Virus record (IMG/VR): IMGVR_UViG_3300025645_000038
Location: 100,846-164,845 of that record
Length of the DNA stretch: 64,000 bases
Origin: a virus
Strand: one strand, 5' to 3'
In this document: positions 48,326 to 58,477 of the stretch, piece by piece
How positions within the stretch are numbered: position 1 is the stretch's first letter
Layout of the letters: every line of letters begins with the position of its first letter
Made by a program: the position numbers and the translations under genes
Notes under the pieces: generated by a model
The model's database searches: none
Seen by the model: only the letters and a program-made list of their open reading frames with translations
Told to the model about the DNA's origin: nothing

Positions 48326-48694
48326 ATGAACAAACCAAAGACAATATTTTGTGATATAGATGGAACACTAAGTGAATACCCGTATTCAGCTGAAATGGGT
48401 AATTATCAGTTTGATAAATGGAATATGAAACCACTACCAGGAACTATAGCTAAACTATGGGAATGGGACAAGGCTGGTCATATGATTATTTTAACGACTG
48501 GTAGAAAAGAAGGAATGAGAAGAATCACAGAAGAACAACTAGAGGCTGCTGGTATTATCTATGATAGATTGATTATGGGTATAGGTGGTGGCGCAAGAGT
48601 TTTAATAAATGATTTGAAACCAGACAGAGATGGTGATACAGCAATCGCTATAAATTTAAAAAGAGACACAGGAGTTAAAAATGTCAAAATATGA
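48326..48694 (+). CDS. Small HAD-superfamily phosphatase
   Basis: DIDGTL, LTTGR, IND motifs. Confidence 0.85.
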   Translation: MNKPKTIFCDIDGTLSEYPYSAEMGNYQFDKWNMKPLPGTIAKLWEWDKAGHMIILTTGRKEGMRRITEEQLEAAGIIYDRLIMGIGGGARVLINDLKPDRDGDTAIAINLKRDTGVKNVKI

Positions 48695-49157
48695 CCACAT
48701 TGAAGATGCTTGGGTAAAAGAAGCATTAGAAGAATATAAAGATAAAATAGATGAGAACAAATCTCATCGTTTAGATATAAGTTCATACAGAGTTGAAAAA
48801 CCTTGGGGATATGAACTATGGTTAGAACTAAATGAACATTATGCTTACAAACTAATTCATATGAACAAAGGTTATCAGAGTAGTTTACAATGGCATGAAA
48901 AGAAAGTTGAAACTAACTATGTTATTGAAGGTGAAGCTGAGGTTCTACTTCAAAATGAAGATGGTACTATGGAGTCAAGAACATACAAAGCTGGTGATGG
49001 TTGGTGTGTTCCTCTAAAAACAAAACATAGAGTCATTGCTACAACCGATTATACAGCACTAGAATGTTCAACTGCTCATCTAAATGATTGTATTAGATTT
49101 GAAGATGATTCAGATAGAGGTAGTGGTAAGATAAACACAGAGCACGAAGGCAATTAA
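48681..49157 (+). CDS. Cupin (mannose-6-phosphate isomerase type II-like)
   Basis: KPWG.E, SLQ.H..K.ET, P....HR, E.ST, R.EDD..R. Confidence 0.82.
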   Translation: MSKYDHIEDAWVKEALEEYKDKIDENKSHRLDISSYRVEKPWGYELWLELNEHYAYKLIHMNKGYQSSLQWHEKKVETNYVIEGEAEVLLQNEDGTMESRTYKAGDGWCVPLKTKHRVIATTDYTALECSTAHLNDCIRFEDDSDRGSGKINTEHEGN

Positions 49158-50759
49158 TTGAACAAATTTTGCATACTCGCAGCCGGTAGAGGTACAAGAA
49201 ATAATCACATAGTTGGGTTACACAAAGCTTTACTTCCTTTAGAAAATAAACCTGTAATATCCCATATTATAGACAAGTTAGATAAAAGTGTTGAGATAGT
49301 AATAGCTGTAGGTTATAAATCAGAACAAATAAAAACTTATATGAGTTTAGTTCATTCAGATAAAAAGATAACTTACATTGATGTTGATAATTTTGATGGG
49401 ATTGGTTCGGGACCTGGCTATAGTTTATTGTGTTGTAAACAAGAGTTGCAAGAACCATTTGTTTTTACATCTGTAGATACATTGGTTGGTGAAGATATTG
49501 ATTTGATGTCCATAGATGAAAATTGGTTAGGTGTATCACCTGTTGAAAAAGAAGATTCTTTAAATTACTGCTTGGTAAATGGTAGTAAATATTTAGATAA
49601 TCTTTATTATGGAACAGGTGATTCTGCTTATATTGGTATGGCTGGTATCTATGACTATGAATCTTTTTGGGATTCTTTAGAAAACCATAAAATAGTAAAA
49701 GATGAATATCAAGTTATTCATGGTTTTGATGGATTAGAACACATGAAATTAATTAATTTTACTTGGTATGATACAGGAAACAATCAATCTTATATTGAGA
49801 CAAAGAAAGTTTTTTGTAATGATGTTGTCGCCAATAAAAGTGATGAAGCTATATTCATAGACAATAAAAAAGTTATTAAGTATTTTGATGACAATCAAAA
49901 GGTATCTAAAAGAATAAAAAGAGCAGAATATCTAAATGGAAACTCTCCTAAAATAGAATCTGTAAACGATAATATGTACGCTTACGACTTTGTAAAGGGT
50001 GATTTGCTCTCAAACATATATGATGAATCTTTGATGTGGGAATTTCTTTCTTATTGTAAAAGTAATTTATGGTTGCATACCGAAAAGAACAATACATTTT
50101 TAGATAATTGTAAAGAAATGTATGAAACTAAAACTAAAAGTAGAGTGAAATCTTTATCTGGTACTGAAATAGATAATATTAAAACAGTAAATGGTATAGA
50201 AGTAAAGCCAATTGAAGAAATGTTAGATGATATAGATTGGTCAAAGTTTTATGCTGATTCAATACCAACTCTTTTTCATGGTGATTTACAACCTGAAAAC
50301 ATTCTTTTTGATTTTGAAAAAAAGAAGTTTGTATTGATAGATTGGAGACAACAATTTGGAGATAGTTTGAAGGTAGGTGATGTTTATTATGACCTAGCTA
50401 AGTTGTATCATGCGATTATGATAAATGGGCAAACTATATTACAAGATATGTTTGATTGTAAAATAAATGGTAACGAAGCCAGCGTAAGTTTTTACGCAAA
50501 AAGTAATTTAGTATTTTTAAATGAAATCTTTCGTGAGTTTTGTCACAAAAATGATTACAAATGGATTAATGTAGAACTCTTGGGTATACTACAATATTTC
50601 AGTATTTGTACATTATATGACAACTTCAAAGATGGGAAATATGGAAAGTTTTTATTTTTATATGGTAAATATCAATTAGCAAAGTTAATAAATAGGAGCA
50701 AAAATGCAGAAACAAAAGTTAATAAATTTATACAAAAACGAGTCAGCAGAGGTATTTAG
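49158..50759 (+). CDS. Sugar-phosphate nucleotidyltransferase fused to an APH/choline-kinase-like domain
   Basis: LAAGRGTR...K.LLP, W.DTG; HGDLQPENIL, LIDWR, YDLAK. Confidence 0.85.
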   Translation: MNKFCILAAGRGTRNNHIVGLHKALLPLENKPVISHIIDKLDKSVEIVIAVGYKSEQIKTYMSLVHSDKKITYIDVDNFDGIGSGPGYSLLCCKQELQEPFVFTSVDTLVGEDIDLMSIDENWLGVSPVEKEDSLNYCLVNGSKYLDNLYYGTGDSAYIGMAGIYDYESFWDSLENHKIVKDEYQVIHGFDGLEHMKLINFTWYDTGNNQSYIETKKVFCNDVVANKSDEAIFIDNKKVIKYFDDNQKVSKRIKRAEYLNGNSPKIESVNDNMYAYDFVKGDLLSNIYDESLMWEFLSYCKSNLWLHTEKNNTFLDNCKEMYETKTKSRVKSLSGTEIDNIKTVNGIEVKPIEEMLDDIDWSKFYADSIPTLFHGDLQPENILFDFEKKKFVLIDWRQQFGDSLKVGDVYYDLAKLYHAIMINGQTILQDMFDCKINGNEASVSFYAKSNLVFLNEIFREFCHKNDYKWINVELLGILQYFSICTLYDNFKDGKYGKFLFLYGKYQLAKLINRSKNAETKVNKFIQKRVSRGI

Positions 50760-51336
50760 TAATATACCAACATCAAAAATAGTTGAGTTCGTGGACATGG
50801 TTTTTGAAGCATATGAAAACGAACAAACTATATTTGCCTGTGGTAATGGTGGTAATGTAGCATCAGTTCAAAACTTGGTTGTGGATATGAATATGCACCC
50901 ATTTGTTTCTGAAGACAAAGGAGCTCAGACTATTCCACGAAACAAGTTTAAGTGTGTTAGTCTATGTAGTGACCAAGCTAGTATTACAGGCATTGGTAAT
51001 GATTTAGGATTTCGTTTTATATTTAGTGAACAATTAAAATATCAAGGTATAAAGGGTGATGTTGTATTCGGTATGTCTGGTTCAGGTAATTCAAAGAATG
51101 TGTTAGAAGCATTTAGGGTTGCTAAAGAAAGAGGAATGAAGACTATATTGGTTACAAGAAACTCTGTAAACAATTGCAATGATTTTGCTGATTTAACTAT
51201 ATCTTTAGAAGGTACATCAGAATTTCCTGGTCAAACAGGTGGTAATAATAATAACTTTCACTTTGAAGATATACTATCAAAAATAACTCACATTGCTGTG
51301 GGGTTACTAAAGGAGAAAGTACATAATGAAAATTAA
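50704..51336 (+). CDS. gmhA: Sedoheptulose-7-phosphate isomerase (SIS domain)
   Basis: CGNGG, T...ND.G...IF..Q, GD....S.SGNS.NV, ED.....H. Confidence 0.8.
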   Translation: MQKQKLINLYKNESAEVFSNIPTSKIVEFVDMVFEAYENEQTIFACGNGGNVASVQNLVVDMNMHPFVSEDKGAQTIPRNKFKCVSLCSDQASITGIGNDLGFRFIFSEQLKYQGIKGDVVFGMSGSGNSKNVLEAFRVAKERGMKTILVTRNSVNNCNDFADLTISLEGTSEFPGQTGGNNNNFHFEDILSKITHIAVGLLKEKVHNEN

Positions 51337-52093
51337 TCCAAATATATTAAGAAAGAAAGTTATAGATATGGTTGTTGCAAAACAATCAGGTCACATAGGT
51401 GGTGCTTTTTCTATGGCTGAACTAACGAGTGTATTGTATGAAGATTATGAAATTGGTGGTAAAGATAAGTTGATTCTATCTAAAGGACACGCGGTTCCAA
51501 TTATATACGCTGTGTTACATGAAACTGGTCAAATATCAGATGAAGATTTAGATTTGTTTAGAGAAATAGATTCACCACTTCAAGGTCATCCTGATAAGTT
51601 AAGACTACCTCTGATGGATGCTACAACAGGTTCTTTAGGACAAGGTTTGAGTATTGCTATCGGACACTCACTTGGTAAGAAGTTAAAGAATGAAGATGGT
51701 ACTATATTTTGTGTGTTGGGTGATGGAGAACTTCAAGAAGGACAAGTTTGGGAAGCTCTTATGCATTATCCAAAAACTAAAATGAACAACATGATTTGTA
51801 TCATCGATTGGAATAAAGGACAAAATGATGGTTACACTAAAGACTTCAGTATTATGTATGATAATTTAGAAGAAAGGGTTTCATCTTTTGGTTGGACTAC
51901 AAAAGTTATTGATGGTCATGATATGGGTGCAATAAGAAAATCATTTGAAGAAGTAGAAGTTGACAAACCTTTGTGTGTTATATTAGATACTGTAAAGGGT
52001 AAAGGAGTTTCTTTTATGGAACATCCAAGTTGGCACTGTAAAGTTCCTACAGAAGAGGAATATGAAATAGCTATGAAAGAATTAGGAGTATAA
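51326..52093 (+). CDS. Transketolase, N-terminal TPP-binding subunit
   Basis: SGH.GG, LSKGHA, LQGHP, TGSLGQG, GDGELQEG..WE, KGKGVSFME. Confidence 0.93.
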   Translation: MKINPNILRKKVIDMVVAKQSGHIGGAFSMAELTSVLYEDYEIGGKDKLILSKGHAVPIIYAVLHETGQISDEDLDLFREIDSPLQGHPDKLRLPLMDATTGSLGQGLSIAIGHSLGKKLKNEDGTIFCVLGDGELQEGQVWEALMHYPKTKMNNMICIIDWNKGQNDGYTKDFSIMYDNLEERVSSFGWTTKVIDGHDMGAIRKSFEEVEVDKPLCVILDTVKGKGVSFMEHPSWHCKVPTEEEYEIAMKELGV

Positions 52094-52094
52094 C

Positions 52095-53018
52095 ATGAGA
52101 GCTACAAGAGAAGCATTCGGTGAACATTTACCTGTAATGGGTGAGAAACATAATAATATAGTAGCGTTAGATGCTGATTTAGGTAAAGCAACTAAGATAG
52201 CTAGTTTTAGAGATTCACATCCTGATAGGTTCTTTCAGATTGGTATAGCTGAAGCTAACATGATTGGAGTTGCATCTGGTATATCGGAGTATGGATATAA
52301 AGTATTTCTAGCATCATTTGGTTCATTTCTAACAGGAAGATATGACCAAATTAGATGTAGTCTAGCTTATTCTAATCGTCCTGTTGTATTGGTTGGTACT
52401 CATGTAGGTATGGCTATTGGTAAAGATGGTGTAACTCAAATGGGATTGGAAGATGTCAGTATTATGAGAGCACTACCAAATATGAAAGTATTGAATCCAG
52501 CTACATTTTCAGAAGCTAAAAAGGTAATAGAGTTTCTTGCAGAAACAGAATTAGATTCACCATACTATTTAAGGTTAGGTAGACAACCTGTAAAGGACAT
52601 TGATATACCTTTTGAGATTGGTAAAGGTCAGATTATAAAAGAAGGTGATGATATTACTCTTTTATCTACTGGTTGTATATTAAGTGATGTTATGGACTCT
52701 GCTAGTATTATTGAAGATATGACACAAATGAGTGTTAGAGTAGTTAGTTTTACATCATTAAAACCAATAGATAGAGATATGATTGTTAAGTGTGCTCAAG
52801 AAACAAAACGATTATTTACTATAGAAGACCATTCCATAATAGGTGGTTTGGGTTCTATAGTATCAGATGTTTTATCAGAAGAGTATCCAGCAAAAGTGGT
52901 AAAGATAGGATTGAATGATGTATTTCCTGAATCTGCTCCACCAGCTGATTTGTATGAAAAGTATGGACTAAGTTCTAACCAAATATCTAAAAGGGTTGTA
53001 AGTGAGTTGGATAAATAA
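52095..53018 (+). CDS. Transketolase, C-terminal subunit
   Basis: LDADL, GIAEANM, DG.T, Y.RLGR, EDH..GGLG. Confidence 0.93.
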   Translation: MRATREAFGEHLPVMGEKHNNIVALDADLGKATKIASFRDSHPDRFFQIGIAEANMIGVASGISEYGYKVFLASFGSFLTGRYDQIRCSLAYSNRPVVLVGTHVGMAIGKDGVTQMGLEDVSIMRALPNMKVLNPATFSEAKKVIEFLAETELDSPYYLRLGRQPVKDIDIPFEIGKGQIIKEGDDITLLSTGCILSDVMDSASIIEDMTQMSVRVVSFTSLKPIDRDMIVKCAQETKRLFTIEDHSIIGGLGSIVSDVLSEEYPAKVVKIGLNDVFPESAPPADLYEKYGLSSNQISKRVVSELDK

Positions 53019-53640
53019 AGATACGGAAATATATTGTTCATTTGCTAAAGAAGCCGGTGATACAGGTTGTAGGATGATGAACACAGCTTTCTACTTTTAT
53101 AGACTAAATAAAATATACAAATCATTTTCTGTTGATAGTATAGAGAAGGCTGTAGATTCTGTAAGAACTTTAGGTATAAAGGGTTTTGCTATAACAATGC
53201 CCTACAAAGAAGAAGTTCTAAAGTATGTAGACACAACAGATGCTGCTGTATCACAGATAGGAGCAGCTAACACTGTTATTAATGAGGATGGTAGACTATC
53301 AGCTTACAACACAGATTCTTATTCCGCTCTAGCTTATTTAGATTTATATGATAACGGAAAACCTTTATACATAATCGGCGATGGTGGTTATGCTAAAGCT
53401 GTAAAATGGGCTAGTAAGGGTTTTGATGTAAATCAAATCACTAGAGATAATTGGGATGAGTTGTTTGATATAAAGGATTCTATTGTATATAATTGTACAC
53501 CATTGGATATTACAGATTGGATTCACAAATCAAATGACTTTATTAATTGTTTAGTTACTACACAAACAGGTATAGATTTAGCTACATTACAAGCTTCTAA
53601 ACAGTTTGAATTATATACTGGATTAGACTTTCCGTTATGA
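53002..53640 (+). CDS. aroE: Shikimate dehydrogenase-like protein
   Basis: G..ITMPYK, GA.NT, YNTD, G.GG.A.A, NCTP, QA..QF. Confidence 0.8.
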   Translation: MSWINKDTEIYCSFAKEAGDTGCRMMNTAFYFYRLNKIYKSFSVDSIEKAVDSVRTLGIKGFAITMPYKEEVLKYVDTTDAAVSQIGAANTVINEDGRLSAYNTDSYSALAYLDLYDNGKPLYIIGDGGYAKAVKWASKGFDVNQITRDNWDELFDIKDSIVYNCTPLDITDWIHKSNDFINCLVTTQTGIDLATLQASKQFELYTGLDFPL

Positions 53641-54440
53641 AAGATATAGTAGAAAAGTATAAAAGAGATGGTTATTATATATTCAAAAACCTTTATTCAG
53701 AAAAATATTGTGACGAATTAAAAGATTATGTTAACACTTTAGAGATAAAGAGATACATACCTTTCAGCAATATTGCTTGGGGTTGGGGTAGTTTACTCAA
53801 TAAAGGTCCTTTCTCCAAAGTAGTTAAAAACAAAACACTAAATCACTTTTGTGAGTCTGTTTTTCAAAGTGATGACTATGTTTTTCCAAACATGATGATT
53901 AACAACAAAGCACCTTGGATAGGACCTGAGGCTGAGTGGCATAGAGAAATATTCAATGTAGATACATATGCTCCAGGATACACAGAAGATGATTGGGAAA
54001 GTTTTATAAGGGTATATATAGCTCTTGATAAACAAACTATTGAAAATGGGTGTTTAAGATTATATTCTGGTTCTCATAAGATAGGATATTTACCATCAGA
54101 GGATATTATAGATGGTAATCTTGGACACAAGAGAAGGATACCAAGTGAAAATATGGATGATGTTAATGATTCTTGTGAACAGATTTTTGCTGAGATGGAA
54201 GTTGGTGATATGTTGGTTTTTACTGATAAAACCGTACATGGTTCTAATAGCAACAAAGGTCCCAATGAGAGAAAATCAATAGTGTTAGGAGTTAGAAATA
54301 ATATAAAAGAATTTGATGAGAAGATATACCAAAAGGCTACAGATTATAGAAGAAATTTTTTGTGTAATGAACTTCAAAAAATTGTAGATAAAACTAAAGG
54401 TATAAATATGTACCAAGACTTTAATCAGGATAAGAAATGA
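53637..54440 (+). CDS. PhyH-family 2OG-Fe(II) dioxygenase
   Basis: Y..DGY, WH.E, IALD....ENGCL...GSH, GD...F....HGS..N....R. Confidence 0.85.
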   Translation: MKDIVEKYKRDGYYIFKNLYSEKYCDELKDYVNTLEIKRYIPFSNIAWGWGSLLNKGPFSKVVKNKTLNHFCESVFQSDDYVFPNMMINNKAPWIGPEAEWHREIFNVDTYAPGYTEDDWESFIRVYIALDKQTIENGCLRLYSGSHKIGYLPSEDIIDGNLGHKRRIPSENMDDVNDSCEQIFAEMEVGDMLVFTDKTVHGSNSNKGPNERKSIVLGVRNNIKEFDEKIYQKATDYRRNFLCNELQKIVDKTKGINMYQDFNQDKK

Positions 54441-55519
54441 AATATAATTATTGGATAGAAAATATAAAAAGAATGTTTATTCCTAGACCTACGAAGGAAG
54501 AAAACAAAAGATTTGATATGGCTGAAAGAACATTTAGCTTTCCGAAGTCATATATGAGTAATTTCATGGATACAATTTCTCAAGAAGATTTGATTACCTA
54601 TCCATCATATGCAGAGTATGATTTACTGAAAGATGATATTGCTAACTACAACAGTTTAGGTAGAGAAAACGTATATCTTTCAACAGGCTCGGGTGCTTGT
54701 ATAAAATCTTTATGTGAGATTACAATGAATACTAACTCTAATGTGGTTTCTCCAGTTCCTTGTTACCCAATGTATGGCATTTATGGTAGGATATTTGGTG
54801 GTAAACATATTGGTGTGGACTATGATGATTCTATTGTTTTTGATTTAAATAAATTAATAAATAGTATAAATAACGATACAACTCTAGTGGTTATATCAAA
54901 TCCTTTTAGCCCGATTGGTGAGTATAAAACAATTGAAGAGGTAAGAAAACTATGTCAGGTGTGTCATGATAAAGGTATTATTCTGTTGATAGATGAAGCT
55001 TATGTGGATTTTTCACCTGGTACATTGCTTCCTTTAATTAAAGAGTATGATAATGTAGTTATATCAAGAACATTTTCTAAAGCATTTGGTGCTGCTGGAA
55101 TAAGAGTTGGTTACTTACTTGGTAGCAAAAAGTTAATTGATGTAGTTACAAAAGTACAACTAACTTATCCATTGAGTAATATTTCTGTAAAGTTTGCTTC
55201 TTACTTACTAAACAATTCAGATGAAGTCAGTAGTTATGCTCAAAATACAGTAATTGCTAGAGAAAACTTGTGTGAAATATTACATGGTGGTGGTTACAAT
55301 GTTATCAACTCACATACAAACTCAATACACTTTCATGAAAAACATGGTGATAATAGTGAAACCGTGAATGTAATGAATAGATATGGACTAGCATTCAAAA
55401 GTGGGAATACAAAAACAGGAACACCAGTAACAATTCCTGGCGACAAAAGAAAGACTTGGATACGTTTATCAGTAGGTCCTGATATTGATAAGATGAATTT
55501 TGTAGGAGATATTTTATGA
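54437..55519 (+). CDS. PLP-dependent class I/II aminotransferase (HisC-like)
   Basis: YP, SNP..P.G, IDEAY.DF, SRTFSKAFG.AG.RVG, RLSVG. Confidence 0.9.
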   Translation: MKYNYWIENIKRMFIPRPTKEENKRFDMAERTFSFPKSYMSNFMDTISQEDLITYPSYAEYDLLKDDIANYNSLGRENVYLSTGSGACIKSLCEITMNTNSNVVSPVPCYPMYGIYGRIFGGKHIGVDYDDSIVFDLNKLINSINNDTTLVVISNPFSPIGEYKTIEEVRKLCQVCHDKGIILLIDEAYVDFSPGTLLPLIKEYDNVVISRTFSKAFGAAGIRVGYLLGSKKLIDVVTKVQLTYPLSNISVKFASYLLNNSDEVSSYAQNTVIARENLCEILHGGGYNVINSHTNSIHFHEKHGDNSETVNVMNRYGLAFKSGNTKTGTPVTIPGDKRKTWIRLSVGPDIDKMNFVGDIL

Positions 55520-56439
55520 GAGTAGCACTTTGTTTATATGGTTTAACAGGCTCTGTTGATTTTGGGTTGGGTTTAGGAAAACCAATAGACCCTAGAATAG
55601 CACATTACCATCACACAAAAAGAATTATTGAACCAAATGAAAATGTAGATGTTTTCTTCCACACTTGGAGTACAGACTTTGAGGATATGTTAGTGGACAT
55701 ATATAAACCTAAAGGACATATAGCTGAAGAACAAATATTATTTAATCCTGATTCTGTTGGTAAAAATTCAATACCAAGTAGATGGTGGTCTAATGCTATG
55801 GTAATGCAGTTAAAAAGGAAGTATGAAGAAGAGAATAATTTTAAATACGATTGGGTTATGTTGTATAGATTTGACCATATATTTTTAGTAAATTTAAATT
55901 TCTCACAATTTGATAATCAGTATATATACTTCAGACATACTAATGGTTTAAGAGCTCCACAACAATTCTCACATGGATATACAGGCAGAGAAGAATGTAG
56001 ATGTTACGATAAAAGGGGAAAGCATGGTATAAGGTTACAAGATGTATTTACATTTAGTAGTTCAGAAAATATGGATAAATTTGCTTCTGTTTATGATTAT
56101 CATGAGGCTAGTGGTACTCCATTTTTAGATCCCCATGATGGTTGTTATGCTCATTTAAAATATACAAATTTAGAAAGTAAACTAAAATTTGCTTTCTTTG
56201 GTTACGATCCTCACGCACCAAAAAATATAATGCAGTGTGAAATAATGAGAGCTTTGTTTGAAGATCCATCGTATGATGAAACTAAAGAATTTGACATAAA
56301 TAATTTTAATATGTTTACAGATAATTTGACTTCTAATCCAATAGTTCAATCAAGATTTCCAGGTTGGGCTGGATGGAGTGGTGTTGATAAAGCAGAATTA
56401 AAAGAAAATGCTGGATTTAGTCCAGATGCTAAAATTTAA
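55516..56439 (+). CDS. Putative glycan-modifying / glycosyltransferase-like protein
   Basis: MRVALCL.G, DVF.HTW, YD.V...RFD pattern common in polysaccharide loci. Confidence 0.55.
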   Translation: MRVALCLYGLTGSVDFGLGLGKPIDPRIAHYHHTKRIIEPNENVDVFFHTWSTDFEDMLVDIYKPKGHIAEEQILFNPDSVGKNSIPSRWWSNAMVMQLKRKYEEENNFKYDWVMLYRFDHIFLVNLNFSQFDNQYIYFRHTNGLRAPQQFSHGYTGREECRCYDKRGKHGIRLQDVFTFSSSENMDKFASVYDYHEASGTPFLDPHDGCYAHLKYTNLESKLKFAFFGYDPHAPKNIMQCEIMRALFEDPSYDETKEFDINNFNMFTDNLTSNPIVQSRFPGWAGWSGVDKAELKENAGFSPDAKI

Positions 56440-56451
56440 AAGGAGTTACAA

Positions 56452-57630
56452 ATGATTTCAGAAGAATTAAAACAGAGATTAAAAGATAATGGTCAGTTTC
56501 CATATGGTAAAAGAGATAGAGCTTATCAATCAATAGATGGTAATCCTGGTATAAGGGATATGGAACATCGGTATGAAATAATTAATTTCCCTAAATCATT
56601 TGATGGAGAAACAGTTATTGATTTTGGATGTAGTGCTGGTGCTATATGTTTAGAAGCTAAAAAAAGAGGAGCTAAAAGAGCGGTAGGTTTGGATTATAAA
56701 GATGAAACAATCCAAGTAGCTAAAAGTTTAGCTAAAGAGATGAACTTAGATGTCGAGTTTTACACCTTTAATATAGATGATGGTTTAGATAAACTGAAAT
56801 CTTTGATAGGTGAAGATAAATTTGACCATGTGTTTGCCTTATCTATATGGGCTCATTGTGATGAGAATAAATTAGCTGATATGATTAATTTTTATACTGA
56901 TAAATTATGTTGGTTTGAAGGACATAACACTATTACATATGGTGATACTAAATCTAAAATGGATGTTGAGTTAGAAAGACTTTTAGATTTACCCTATCAT
57001 GAATACATAGGAGAAACTAACGATAGGAGTACAAGGCAAAACTACAAACTTAGCAGAAGTCTAAGAATAGAGATTGGAGAAAAGAATGAATATGTTTATT
57101 TCTCAGGAGATATCTATAATACTGTCACAGAAGCTAACCATAATTATGAGAACAAAGAAGTGGGTGGAGCTCATCTAATTGGAAACAATTCTTATCAGAA
57201 AGGAAACTATAACTACAATGGAAAATATAGTTGTTATATATCAAACTCAGAGTCAGAATTTGGGTATAAGATTCTAAGTTTCGATCCTTCTGTCACTAAT
57301 TTAGAGGATAAATACAATCATGTTAAAAACATATTTGATATACAATCCAAGTTAAGTTCAGCCGGATTTGCACCAAAACCTTTGGAGATAGTAACATGTC
57401 ACGATTCACAAACATTTTATTATGCAATTAAGATGCAGAATATAAAAGGTCAGTTTGTACAGCCAAGTGAAGATTGGAAAGAATCTTTAGTTTCTTTCTG
57501 TGACGAAAATGGTATATCAAGAGATGGTTGGTCTATCAAGAAAGATTGTGTACCAAAGAATTGTATTGAGATGAATGAAACTATATACATTGTTGATATA
57601 GACTACAAGTGGGTATACAAAAATGCTTGA
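56452..57630 (+). CDS. SAM methyltransferase fused to a kinase-like domain
   Basis: VIDFGCSAG, FD.V..LS; C-terminal YKI, APKP, D....N, IVDID. Confidence 0.7.
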   Translation: MISEELKQRLKDNGQFPYGKRDRAYQSIDGNPGIRDMEHRYEIINFPKSFDGETVIDFGCSAGAICLEAKKRGAKRAVGLDYKDETIQVAKSLAKEMNLDVEFYTFNIDDGLDKLKSLIGEDKFDHVFALSIWAHCDENKLADMINFYTDKLCWFEGHNTITYGDTKSKMDVELERLLDLPYHEYIGETNDRSTRQNYKLSRSLRIEIGEKNEYVYFSGDIYNTVTEANHNYENKEVGGAHLIGNNSYQKGNYNYNGKYSCYISNSESEFGYKILSFDPSVTNLEDKYNHVKNIFDIQSKLSSAGFAPKPLEIVTCHDSQTFYYAIKMQNIKGQFVQPSEDWKESLVSFCDENGISRDGWSIKKDCVPKNCIEMNETIYIVDIDYKWVYKNA

Positions 57631-58477
57631 TAAAAATCTCAGTATAATTCAATGTCATATTCTCTTTGATGATGAGAGAGGAAAAAAAAGATTAGAGCAT
57701 CAAAAGTCTTATAAAGGTATCCCATCTTTTGGTAGTATATTTGAAGATTGTGACTTTTATGTTAACTACAAGACAAAGGTTTTTTTAGAAGATATAAAAG
57801 AAACCTATGAAAAGTATATAAAAAATATAAATTTATACAACAACTTAGAGGGTACTGATTTTAATTGGGTTGCTATAAAACTACTTCTTGTTAAAGAATC
57901 CAAAACACCTTACGTTATGTTTTCTACAGAGGACAGAATGTTCCACAAAACAAACAAAAAAGAGTTTGAGAGAGTAATGCAAGATATTATAGATAATGAT
58001 GTTCATTACATGCCAATAGGTAAATTAGACCACTTAACTGTTGGTACTAGATACAAAACTACTGATGAACTAATGGCTCCAATGAGTGTACATGGTAGAA
58101 CTTGTATAAAAAAATATAAAGATAGTGGTAAAGAACTATTTTTGTTTAAAGCTGAGGATGCTCCTGTTAAGATGACAAGTTTTTCTGCTGATGCGATATA
58201 CAAAAGAGAGTTGATAATAGATTTACTCGAAGAGATGGTTAATGTTTATGGACTTAAACCCGTATCACCTAATGCAAAATTAGGACAGAATACATCTAAA
58301 TATTTTGAGGACTATTACACAGATGTGTATGGAAAGGGAATAAGACAGCAAGGTAGTATGATGTGTGCAGTACCTAAAAGGGAAATAGTAGTGTCTGATG
58401 AGACTCCTGGTGAAGAGCTTGGTACTTTAAATGAAACACCGAAAGAGGTATTAGAGTATGATGTTAGAAAAAATTAA
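57623..58477 (+). CDS. Hypothetical protein, possibly GT-A fold
   Basis: TPYVMF..ED motif; island context. Confidence 0.45.
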   Translation: MLDKNLSIIQCHILFDDERGKKRLEHQKSYKGIPSFGSIFEDCDFYVNYKTKVFLEDIKETYEKYIKNINLYNNLEGTDFNWVAIKLLLVKESKTPYVMFSTEDRMFHKTNKKEFERVMQDIIDNDVHYMPIGKLDHLTVGTRYKTTDELMAPMSVHGRTCIKKYKDSGKELFLFKAEDAPVKMTSFSADAIYKRELIIDLLEEMVNVYGLKPVSPNAKLGQNTSKYFEDYYTDVYGKGIRQQGSMMCAVPKREIVVSDETPGEELGTLNETPKEVLEYDVRKN

